Shown here one piece after another: positions 1 to 8,455 of a stretch of 32,000 nt of DNA. The notes beneath the pieces are model-generated. The model had not been told where the DNA came from. It saw only the letters and a list, made by a program, of their open reading frames with translations, and did no database searches. Both the position numbers and the translations under genes were made by a program. The stretch spans positions 2,970,001 through 3,002,000 of the forward strand of contig CP001848.1 in assembly GCA_000025185.1 (NCBI GenBank), written 5' to 3'. This stretch comes from Pirellula staleyi DSM 6068 (GTDB taxonomy: Bacteria; Planctomycetota; Planctomycetia; Pirellulales; Pirellulaceae). How positions within the stretch are numbered: position 1 is the stretch's first letter; each line of letters opens with the position of its first letter.

Positions 1-618
1 AGCGACGAGCTCAATCCGCACGAGCTCAACATCGGCGGTAACGATACGCTGAGCGCGCTCGGCGGCAACGATCTCTTCTACGCCGGTGGCGGCAACGATA
101 GTGTGAGCCCTGGCGCGGGTGACGACTGGATCCACGGCGGCTACGGCAACGATCAGCTGAGTGGCAGCTCGGGCAACGACCGCATTTACGGCGCGCAGGG
201 GAACGACACGATCAGTGGCGATGTCGGCGACGACTTCCTCAGCGGCGGCGATGGCGACGATCGGCTGTACGGCCGCGATGGCAACGACGTACTGATCGGC
301 GGCGACGGCGTTGACCTGGTCGACGGCGGCAACGGCAACGACCTGGTGCTCGCGGCGATCACGACCTACCAAGGGACGAGCGATACGGCGACGAGCAACA
401 CCTACAATAGCGCGGTCGACGCCGCGATGCTCGCGCTGCTGGTGGCCTGGAACAGCGGCGGCCCGGTCGCCGCGAATCTCACGCACACCGACGACTTCGA
501 CCGCGACACCATCTACGGCGGCAGCGGCAACGACCTCTTCGGCACCCACACCAATGCCGACCCCCTCACCAGCGACATCCGCGGCGACTTCAACAACTCC
601 CAAGACACCAGCCTCTAA
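1..618 (+). CDS. RTX-type (hemolysin-type) calcium-binding repeat protein, 5'-truncated by the window edge
   Basis: Frame 1 is open from base 1 (SDELNPHELNIGGNDTLSALGGNDLFYAGGGND...). It carries at least 10 tandem GGxGxD/GxGND nonapeptide-like repeats (GGYGNDQLSGSSGNDRIYGAQGNDTISGDVGDDFLSGGDGDDRLYGRDGNDVLIGGDGVD) and ends at TAA 616-618. Confidence 0.85.
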   Translation, partial: SDELNPHELNIGGNDTLSALGGNDLFYAGGGNDSVSPGAGDDWIHGGYGNDQLSGSSGNDRIYGAQGNDTISGDVGDDFLSGGDGDDRLYGRDGNDVLIGGDGVDLVDGGNGNDLVLAAITTYQGTSDTATSNTYNSAVDAAMLALLVAWNSGGPVAANLTHTDDFDRDTIYGGSGNDLFGTHTNADPLTSDIRGDFNNSQDTSL

Positions 619-650
619 AGGGGGCAGAGAAGGCGAGAGGCGGGAGAATG

Positions 651-695
651 CAAAAAAGCCTGTATCGCAAGCGTTTGAAGCTCGAAATACAGGCT
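651..695 (-). terminator. Rho-independent terminator candidate for the minus-strand GH13 gene
   Basis: A 9-bp stem pairs agcctgtat (657-665) with atacaggct (687-695). On the minus strand it is followed directly by a T6 run (plus-strand A-run 652-657). It lies about 70 nt downstream of the GH13 stop at 764. Confidence 0.6.
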
Positions 696-709
696 CGTAG
701 ATTGTTTCG

Positions 710-740
710 CCGAGCAGCTGAAAAGAATTCAGCTGCTCGG
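710..740. repeat. Perfect 13-bp inverted repeat (hairpin) between convergent genes
   Basis: ccgagcagctgaa (710-722), loop aagaa, ttcagctgctcgg (728-740). No U-tract on either strand. It sits between the RTX stop (618) and the GH13 stop (764). Confidence 0.5.
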
Positions 741-763
741 GTGGGGTGAGCTGTTCGCCTCGG

Positions 764-2236
764 TTAGCTGGCGCTGAGGAGGAAGACGGAGACTTGCCAG
801 GGTTGTTGATCGAGGTAGAGACCGCGATTGAGCAAGTCGTCGCCTTGCCAATCGTAGACCTCGCCATTCATCTGATCGGCAAGTTTCCAGGATCGGTGGG
901 CGAGGCTGTTCCAGGGCAATCGTGCGTGACATTGGCTGGCGTGATCGGCGTAGTTTACTGCTATGACCATGAGCTGCTGATCAAGCTCCCAACCAAAAAC
1001 CACCATGCTCTCGTGCGTCGGATTTCCTTCCCAGGCCAGTGAGCTTTCGAGCAGCTGCCAGTTGCCTTCTCGTAGTGGTGCGAGCTTTAGTAGCTCCAGT
1101 ATCTTACGGTAAAACTCCTGAATCGCTGGATTCGTTGCTTCTTTGGGGCCGCGACCCAAGTGGGGAGAGATGCGTTTCTGTTTTCCCTCGAGCTGTCCTT
1201 GATGGAGGAAGCGAAGTCCAGGGGAAAAGAACGTGATGGCAGCGGCGGCGCGATGCATCTCGAGAGGAAACGTCGCAGCGACGCGAGGTTCATCGTGATT
1301 TTCGAGGAAGCGGGCCAGCTTGTCTTGAAAATCGAGGTCAGCCAGGAGATGCAGCCGCACAGCCAGCTGGTGATGATCGCGAAGTCGATCATAGAGACGT
1401 TTGTCGTAGGTGTAGTCGAAGCCCTGCTGTTGAAGTTCCCATTCGAGATCCCAGTAGACTTCGGCCATGAAGCAGAAGTTGGGAGTCTGCGAACGGACGA
1501 GCTCGGTCGTGTGAGGCCAGAAGAGTGGCGCGCGATGTCCCCACGTCCGTTCAAAAATTTCAGGTAGCACCAGCATCGCCATGTCGCAGCGCACACCATC
1601 GCACTGCCGTGATATGCGTAGCAATTCCTCGGTCATTGCTGCTTGCGTTGCGGGTTTGGAATAGTCGAGCTGAAGTGTATCGGGCCAGCCAGAAAAGTAG
1701 GGATCGCGGCCATAAGCCAGGATGCGATCGCCGCTGGCGGTGGTCAGTCGAAGGTAGTTCTGTGGCGCACTCTCGAGATCAGCCTCCGTTGCATCGATAT
1801 AAAACTCGGGATGCTCACTCACCCAGTGATGGTCGATGCCGGTATGGTTCGGAACAAAGTCGAGCATCAGCTTGAGGCCCCGCGCGGCGAGTCGTGCGCG
1901 GAGACGTGCGAGGGCTTCATCGCCTCCTAAATCATGGTGCACATGATAGGCGGTGATCGCAAAACCAGAGCCGGGAATATCGTCGTCGCACAGGTCGGGA
2001 AGTGTCTCTTCGAACTCGTGCCGCCACTGAGGATTCGTGCGCGAAACTTGCTGCCCAGCGAGTCCGGTTTGCCACACGCTCAGCATCCAAATCCAGTCGA
2101 AGCCTTGCGAGACAAACTCATCGAGTGCAGCGTCGGGAATATCGTCGAGCGTGGCGCGGCGACCGAGCGTGCGAGAAAGACTCGTGAGCCAAACACGCGT
2201 GTTCACTTGATACAGCAATGGATAGCGGGGGTGCAT
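764..2236 (-). CDS. Alpha-amylase family (GH13) glycoside hydrolase
   Basis: All four GH13 conserved regions are present: LMLDFVPNHTG, DGVRCDMAM (nucleophile Asp), FMAEVYW (acid/base Glu) and FLENHDEPR. The ATG at 2236 (MHPRYPLLYQVNTRVW) is preferred over the TTG at 2251 given in the ORF track. Confidence 0.85.
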   Translation of the reverse strand: MHPRYPLLYQVNTRVWLTSLSRTLGRRATLDDIPDAALDEFVSQGFDWIWMLSVWQTGLAGQQVSRTNPQWRHEFEETLPDLCDDDIPGSGFAITAYHVHHDLGGDEALARLRARLAARGLKLMLDFVPNHTGIDHHWVSEHPEFYIDATEADLESAPQNYLRLTTASGDRILAYGRDPYFSGWPDTLQLDYSKPATQAAMTEELLRISRQCDGVRCDMAMLVLPEIFERTWGHRAPLFWPHTTELVRSQTPNFCFMAEVYWDLEWELQQQGFDYTYDKRLYDRLRDHHQLAVRLHLLADLDFQDKLARFLENHDEPRVAATFPLEMHRAAAAITFFSPGLRFLHQGQLEGKQKRISPHLGRGPKEATNPAIQEFYRKILELLKLAPLREGNWQLLESSLAWEGNPTHESMVVFGWELDQQLMVIAVNYADHASQCHARLPWNSLAHRSWKLADQMNGEVYDWQGDDLLNRGLYLDQQPWQVSVFLLSAS

Positions 2237-2247
2237 CGGAGGATCTT

Positions 2248-3033
2248 TCAAGGTGTGGTCGCAGTGATGCTACGCTCGACATCGATCAGCGATTGTTGAC
2301 TGACACGCAGCAGACCCTCTTGACCGCGATCGAGGTCGGTAATCAGATTCAGCACAATCGAAAACGCAATCACCAGAGCGATGATCGCTGGCGATCGAGC
2401 GGTGCTTGAAATGCCCGATTGATAGCCGAGCGAGGCCATGCCAATCCAAGCGAGGCCGATCACTCCGATCCAGATGACAGCGGGAATTCGGCTGCGGATT
2501 CCGACCATGATGCGTTTGGCATGCAGCTCAATCACGCTATTCAAGGAGTCGACAAACAGAGCGGTGCTTTCCGAACTTGGAGCGAGTTCGATGGCTTCGG
2601 TTGCATGTCGCCAGAGCTCTCGCTGAATCGCTTCCGACCGCTCAATCTCATGCCCAGCAAGATGGTTGCGAACAGCCTCGAGTCGTATGGTCACATACTC
2701 GCGGAGCAGTTTTTTCACATCCACCTGTATCTGGGCGGGCAAAAAGTTGGCACGTAGGTAGGTGGTGTGAATGGCGGTAGCTTCTGCGTGGACTGCTTGC
2801 CGACGATCATCAAAACGTGAGGCCGCGAGGCTGAAGGTGAAGCCCAGTACGAGCGCTACGAGTCCCAGCACCGAACCGACCATCGCCCCGACAGGCTGAT
2901 CATTTTCAGCGCTCAAGTGCGCGCGGCGCCAAAGGCCAAAACGATGTCCCAGTTCGACAGCGATGGCGAGTATCGCTGCGGTTAGCAGAAAGATTCCCCA
3001 CAAGGGAATAGCGTCGAGGGGTTCGGAGTACAT
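2248..3033 (-). CDS. Membrane protein, DUF4239-like (bestrophin-like fold family); family name is tentative
   Basis: 261-aa ORF. It has N-terminal TM helices (IPLWGIFLLTAAILAIAVELG; VGSVLGLVALVLGFTFSLAA), a soluble helical middle and two C-terminal TM helices. The architecture and length match DUF4239 as I remember it. Its stop TGA (2250-2248) overlaps the TTG at 2251 of the next ORF. Confidence 0.65.
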   Translation of the reverse strand: MYSEPLDAIPLWGIFLLTAAILAIAVELGHRFGLWRRAHLSAENDQPVGAMVGSVLGLVALVLGFTFSLAASRFDDRRQAVHAEATAIHTTYLRANFLPAQIQVDVKKLLREYVTIRLEAVRNHLAGHEIERSEAIQRELWRHATEAIELAPSSESTALFVDSLNSVIELHAKRIMVGIRSRIPAVIWIGVIGLAWIGMASLGYQSGISSTARSPAIIALVIAFSIVLNLITDLDRGQEGLLRVSQQSLIDVERSITATTP

Positions 3034-3049
3034 GATGCGTTTCTAATGC

Positions 3050-5794
3050 TTAGCGCGAGCTGGCAAGTTCTTGAGGTGGTTTATCAGCGGTGAAGTACGA
3101 GTTTTTTCCTCCCGCGAGCACTTGCTCGGGAGTCATGGTGGCGAAGAGGTGCAGGCTGCGAGCAATCACACCGGTCCAGCCGGTTTGATGACTCGCGCCA
3201 AGTCCCGCGCCGTTGTCGCCGTGGAAGTACTCGTAGAACAGCAGGTGATCGCGCCACTCGGGATCTGTTTGAAAAACTGGCACGCCACCAAACACGGCGC
3301 GTTTACCTTCGGCATCGGCCAGGAAGATGTTGGAGAGTCGTCGACTAATCTCTTCCGCGACTTCGTACAGGTTCATCAGGTTGCCCGAACCGGTGGGACA
3401 TTCGATTTTGAATGAGTCGCCGTAGAAGCTGAAGTATTGCAGCAGAGCGCGAATGACAAGTGCGTTCATCGGCATCCAGATCGGTCCGCGCCAATTCGAA
3501 TTGCCGCCGAACATGCCGGTATCCGATTCAGCTGGCAAATAGCCGACCCGATACTCGTGGCCGTCGACATGCATCACGTAAGGATGATCGGCGTGAAAAC
3601 GCGAGAGTGAACGAAGGCCATAAGGACTCAGGAATTCGTTCTCGTCGAGCATTTTGGTGAGGACGCGGCGCAGGCGGTTTTCGTCGAGGATGGAAGTCAA
3701 TCGTCGTCCGTTGACACCAGTCTTCAGCGGATCGTGGATCGATTGCCGCAGCCCGGGACGCGCCTCGAGAAACCATTGCAAGCGTTTGGCAATGGCGGGG
3801 CGCGAGCGCATCAACTCGCCATCGAAACAAGTGGCGGCGCACAGCGGAAGCAGACCGACCATCGAACGAACCTTCAGCCGCTTCGCTTCGCCACTGGGAA
3901 GGCGGAGCACATCGTAGTAGAAGCCATCCTCTTCGTCCCACATCCCGGTCTCTTGACCGAGGTGCCCCATCGACGACGCGATCCACATGAAGTGTTCGCT
4001 GAACTTGAGGGCCATGTCTTCGTAATCGGGATCGGTGAGCGCAAGTTCGCTGGCAATCTCGAGCATGTTCTGACAGAAGAGCGCCATCCAGGCAGTGCCG
4101 TCGGCTTGTTCGAGATAGCCGCCTGTTGGCAGGGGAGCGCTACGATCGAACACACCGATGTTATCGAGCCCCAGAAAACCTCCTTCAAACACGTTCTTTC
4201 CCGATCGATCTTTGCGATTCACCCACCAGGTGAAGTTCAGCAGCAGCTTTTGAAAGCAGCTCTTGAGCCAATCTTTGTCCCCATCACCGCGCTGCGCTTT
4301 TTCGAGGCGATAGGTAAAGATCGTCGACCATGCATGCACCGGTGGATTCACGTCGCCGAAGTTCCATTCGTACGCGGGAATCTGTCCGTTGGGATGCATG
4401 TAACGCTCGCGGAGCATCAGCTTGAGTTGCTCTTTACCGAAGTCGGCATCGACCAGCGTGAGCGCGACGACATGGAACGCGAGATCCCACGCGGCATACC
4501 AGGGATATTCCCATTTGTCGGGCATCGAGATCACATCGCCGTTGTACATGTGATGCCAGTGCTCGTTGCGCGTTGCTTTGCTCGCCGGATTGAACGGTCC
4601 GCTGCCGCGCTCGTTGAGCCATTTGTCGACGTCGTAGTGATAAAACTGCTTGCTCCACATCATTCCCGCAAGTGCCTGGCGCATCACGCGGGCTTCGTCG
4701 TCGCTCAGTTTCGCTGGCGTAATCGATCGATAGAACTCGTCAGCTTCGTCACGGCGCGTTTGCAGCGTCGTGTCGAAATCGCTGTTCCAAGCGGTTTTGG
4801 TGGAGCCATTACGTTTGGGAACAAGTGGCGAAACATCGTTCAAGCGGAGCGGAATCTTTTCCGAGCCACCTGCGGCAATCGTCAGCTGAAAGTGTGCGGC
4901 GCACTTCGTTCCGGTGCGCTGCGGATTCACGGCCTCGGTTTGCTGATGGATCAGGAAGTTGTGGAATCCATCTTTCACAAACGGCGTGCGATTGGGAGTT
5001 CCAAACAGACGTTCGTTGTTGGTTTCGTTTTCGGTGAAGAGAAGATTCGCACTGCTCGAGCAGTAGAGATAGCGCTCGCCCAGTTCGGCATCGGAGGCTT
5101 TCACACATTGCATTTCGCTCGTCGCACTGATGGCATCGAGACGTGGTCGCATGCGGCCAGGTTTCCACGACCACTCGTTGCGAAACCAAAGCGTCGGCAG
5201 GAGATGAATCGTGGCACTCTCGGGACCTCGATTGTGCACCGTGATTTCTATCAGTAAGTCTTCGGGGTTCTGTTTGGCATATTCGACGACGACATCGAAG
5301 TAGCGATTCTCGGCAAAAACGCCGGTATCGATCAGCTCGTATTCCATCTCTTGACGGGTGCGTCTGCGGCTTGTGGTCACCAAATCGTCGTACGGAAATG
5401 CTGCTTGAGGATACTTGTAGAGGTACTTCATGTACGAGTGTGTGGGTGTGGAATCGAGGTAGTAGTAATACTCCTTCACATCCTCGCCATGATTACTCTC
5501 GCTGTTGGTGAGACCAAACAGCCGCTCTTTCAGAATGGGATCGTGGCCGTTCCACATCGCTAGGGCAAAGCAGAGTTGCTGCTTGTCATCGCTGATTCCC
5601 GCGATTCCATCTTCGCCCCAGCGATAGGCCCGCGAGCGTGCCTGGTCGTGCGTGAAGTAGTTCCAGGCGTCCCCCGATTCACTGGCATCTTCGCGCACAG
5701 TTCCCCATTGCCGCTCGCTGAGGTAGGGGCCCCATTTTTTCCAGGGGGATTCCTTGGTTCGGGACGCTTCGAGACGGAGTTCTTCGGCGTTCAT
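3050..5794 (-). CDS. Large GH63-related glucosidase (MGH1-like / (alpha/alpha)6-barrel glycoside hydrolase)
   Basis: 914-aa uninterrupted ORF starting [38 protein letters not shown]-like. The C-terminal half holds GH63/MGH1-type segments ([80 protein letters not shown]). Confidence 0.8.
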   Translation of the reverse strand: [914 protein letters not shown]

Positions 5795-6057
5795 AGGAGG
5801 TGACTTCAGGAATAGATGTCGGTCGAGCGTGTGAAATCCAAGTGGTGCAAACAGGGTGCCGTGCGAGCGATTGTCAGTCTCTCAATCGCACTATTGTGGT
5901 CTCGAGGGGGGACTCGTTGCCAACGAATTTCGGCGACGAAAGCCCGCTCGAACCGGCGTGCGTCAAGACACAATCGATAGCCTAAACGACTGCCGCGCAG
6001 AATTTCGCATGCCATTTACCGCATAGTTCAAACTCGCATGCCGCAGCTAGGCTGAGG

Positions 6058-6132
6058 TGTCACAGCTGCGCGAAAAGCTGTGACATTGCGTCACGCCTAA
6101 AGGAGTATGTCGCGCGTGACACGTCTGGTCAC
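6058..6132. promoter_or_regulatory. Cluster of GTCAC/GTGAC inverted repeats in a divergent intergenic region (operator or alternative RNA hairpins, function unknown)
   Basis: A perfect 10-bp inverted repeat pairs tgtcacagct (6058-6067) with agctgtgaca (6076-6085). Two more pairs follow: GTGAC-n5-GTCAC (6080-6094) and GTGAC-n7-GTCAC (6116-6132). That is five copies of the pentamer in 75 nt. Confidence 0.3.
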
Positions 6133-6407
6133 GGCGGAGCGCGCGAGGCGCTGTTTCCAGGCCGACTTGGGGCCCCAAAACATGCGCCCAGGGGCAAAAA
6201 ATCGCAACTTTCGCGCGATTTGCGCAAGGTGGCGCGCGCCCCTCCTCGCGCTCGGCTCTCTGCAATCGCGCGCGTCCAGGCATAGGAGTTGCATTGCTAA
6301 CCCGAGGCGGCATCGAGGCTTGGCGACCGGTCAGATGGTCGCAGACGGAGCTTCGCTGGTCGCCGCATCCCCGCCACATTCAGCACGCTGTTCTTGGAGC
6401 CAGCCCG

Positions 6408-7220
6408 ATGGCCAAAGCGAAACAGACTCCCCCCAAAAAATCGGTTCAGGCTTGGGAGCAAGCGTGGCAGCAGCACTGGGAGCAAGCTGGGTTCACGCCG
6501 TACGAGCTCAATCTTCCCGAGAATAGTTCGGTAGGACGTGAGCGGAACTTCCTCATGCAGCGGCGCACTCCGGAGCGGGAGAAAGCACGTCTGCAGCGCA
6601 TCTCGGCGGAGTTCGAGCGGGGCTTTCGTCAGCTCTCGCCACTCGGTCCGGCGGTCACGGTGTTTGGGTCGGCACGTTTTCAGCCGGGGCATCCCTACTA
6701 TCAACTGGCTCTTGAAGTCGGACGCGAGCTGGCCCTGGCCGGGTTCACTGTCATCACCGGTGGTGGCCCGGGAGCAATGGAAGCAGCCAATCGTGGCGCT
6801 CACGAAGCAGGGGGGCGATCGGTTGGACTGAACATCAAGCTACCCCACGAACAAGAGCCCAATCCCTACGTCGATCAAACGGTGGAGTTTCAGTATTTCT
6901 TCATTCGCAAAGTCATGCTGATGAAGTATTCGTGTGCCTACATCGTCCTTCCAGGGGGACTCGGCACGCTCGACGAATTGTTTGAAGCGGCCACCCTCAT
7001 TCAGTGCGGCAAAGTCGGGCCGTTTCCACTGGTGCTGCTGGGAGAGACCTTTTGGAGTGGCATGCGCGATTTCTTGTTCTACATGGTCGAGCAGGGAGTG
7101 TTTGCCCCGGAAGAGATCGGCTTTGGTCGCATCGTCGACTCACCAAAAGAGGCGGTAGAAATGGTGACCCGGAGTTTGCCCGCGTCGATTCTCGAGCATC
7201 TCACACCGCTCGACGCTTAA
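6408..7220 (+). CDS. LOG family / TIGR00730 Rossmann-fold protein (cytokinin riboside 5'-monophosphate phosphoribohydrolase-like; formerly annotated as 'lysine decarboxylase-like')
   Basis: Contains GGGPGAMEAANRGA and the PGGxGTxxE motif (LPGGLGTLDELFE). Start chosen at ATG 6408 (MAKAKQTPPKK), which has GGAG 8 nt upstream. The ORF-track start at 6294 adds an Arg/Trp-rich, non-protein-like extension. Confidence 0.85.
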   Translation: MAKAKQTPPKKSVQAWEQAWQQHWEQAGFTPYELNLPENSSVGRERNFLMQRRTPEREKARLQRISAEFERGFRQLSPLGPAVTVFGSARFQPGHPYYQLALEVGRELALAGFTVITGGGPGAMEAANRGAHEAGGRSVGLNIKLPHEQEPNPYVDQTVEFQYFFIRKVMLMKYSCAYIVLPGGLGTLDELFEAATLIQCGKVGPFPLVLLGETFWSGMRDFLFYMVEQGVFAPEEIGFGRIVDSPKEAVEMVTRSLPASILEHLTPLDA

Positions 7221-7223
7221 ATC

Positions 7224-7250
7224 GGCTCTCGCTGCGCTTGGGCGAGAGCC
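7224..7250 (+). terminator. Hairpin just downstream of the LOG gene (possible terminator, no U-tract)
   Basis: A 9-bp stem pairs ggctctcgc (7224-7232) with gcgagagcc (7242-7250), beginning 4 nt after the stop codon. It is followed by ccaggag rather than a T-run. Confidence 0.35.
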
Positions 7251-7425
7251 CCAGGAGTCGTCACCAATCCAGCTCCATGCATGCGTGAGTGGTACGTTGG
7301 GGTAGGGGATGGAGCTTCAAAGGATTTTGCGGAAGAATTAACTTGTGAGCGAAGTTGGTTTACTTCTAATAACGACATTCCACCGATCATTTTCACCTTG
7401 GGTTCGACAGATAGCGGAGGATGGT

Positions 7426-8361
7426 ATGCGAACACTCGCATGGTTTCTCGCAGCGGCATGGCTCGCTGCAACGGCATCGACAGTTTCGGCGCAAACGCGT
7501 CCACCAGTTCCTGTGCCGCGCCCGGCTAGTGCGACGATCTCGCCCGACGAACAGCAGATTCGCGAGGGGGTGGTGAAGTTTGTCGAACTCTATAACGCGA
7601 AGAAGGCCAAGGAACTCGCGGCGCTCTTTGCTCCCGAAGCGCGTGTGGTCTATCGCGATGGCACCGAGGTGAATGGCCGCGATGAGATTGCCAAGTCATT
7701 CGAGGCTGGCTTCGCTGCGAGCCCGAAAGCGGCGATCAGCGTGGTGGTCGACTCGATTCGCTTTTTGACCGCGGATGTAGCGGTGGAAGAAGGAGATTCG
7801 ATCAACTTTCCCGATGGAGAAACGCAAACATCCCGCAGCCGCTATACCGTGCTGCATGTCAAGCGCGACGGGGTGTGGCAGATGCAGGCGATTCGAACAG
7901 TGGAAGAAGAATCGCTCTCGGCCTATGGCGATTTACAGCCGCTCGAGTGGCTCATCGGCGACTGGATCGATGAGGGGCGAAGCGAGAATGTCGAATCGAC
8001 CTTTCGCTGGGATGTGAACAAGTCGTTTTTGATTGAAGAGTTCAAAGTGGTTCGCGAAGGGGCGGTGGTGCTGCAAGGTACGCAGCGGATCGGCTGGGAC
8101 CCGCAAGCCAAGCAAGTTCGCTCGTGGGTGTTTGATTCGGCCGGTGGTTTTGGGGAAGCGAGCTGGGTGATGGTCGGCGATGCCTGGGTCGTGAAGGCAA
8201 AAGGGGTGATGGCCGATGGAACTTCAAACTCTGCCACGCGGGTGCTGATTCCCGAAGGTGCATCGCGGGTGGTGTGGAGTTCGAAGGATCGTCTGCTGGG
8301 GAGTGAAGCACTTCCCGATATCACCGTGACGATGGTCCGCAAAGCGCCCGCCGCCAAATAG
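7426..8361 (+). CDS. Secreted protein with two NTF2-like (SnoaL/DUF4440, SgcJ/EcaC-type) domains
   Basis: Start at ATG 7426 gives a signal peptide, MRTLAWFLAAAWLAATASTVSAQ. The first domain (IREGVVKFVELYNAKKAKELAALFAPEARVVYRDGTEVNGRDEIAKSFEAGF...YTVLHVKRDGVWQMQAIR) has the typical DUF4440 pattern. The second half (LEWLIGDWIDEG...) looks like a related cone-shaped fold. Confidence 0.7.
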   Translation: MRTLAWFLAAAWLAATASTVSAQTRPPVPVPRPASATISPDEQQIREGVVKFVELYNAKKAKELAALFAPEARVVYRDGTEVNGRDEIAKSFEAGFAASPKAAISVVVDSIRFLTADVAVEEGDSINFPDGETQTSRSRYTVLHVKRDGVWQMQAIRTVEEESLSAYGDLQPLEWLIGDWIDEGRSENVESTFRWDVNKSFLIEEFKVVREGAVVLQGTQRIGWDPQAKQVRSWVFDSAGGFGEASWVMVGDAWVVKAKGVMADGTSNSATRVLIPEGASRVVWSSKDRLLGSEALPDITVTMVRKAPAAK

Positions 8362-8455
8362 CTGCAGAGCCCGCCGAAAAAAGCTGCAGCGCCGATCGCG
8401 CTGCGTAGCTCACACACATACAACCAACCGACTGAAGACGCGGAGTACTCGACCA

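Noticed and set aside
1-360. Periodic nucleotide repeats (ggcaacgat / ggcgacgac units) that could be mistaken for a repeat array or CRISPR
   Set aside because: The period is about 27 nt and matches the GGxGxD nonapeptide repeats of an RTX-type protein in an open frame. There are no spacer-like unique segments.
3734-5257. 507-aa plus-strand ORF
   Set aside because: Antisense shadow ORF inside the GH63-like gene. It has no motifs and low-complexity Arg/His/Val composition.
6080-6094. CRP/FNR-type binding site (TGTGA-n6-TCACA)
   Set aside because: The half-sites are GTGAC/GTCAC with a 5-nt gap between the pentamers, and 7 nt in the neighbouring pair. These spacings do not match the canonical CRP/FNR geometry. 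The cluster is reported only as an unexplained repeat cluster.
6107-6526. 139-aa plus-strand ORF preceded by AAGGAG
   Set aside because: The SD-like sequence is only 1 nt from the ATG. The translation is Arg/Ala/Ser-rich. The ORF also overlaps the well-supported LOG gene in another frame.
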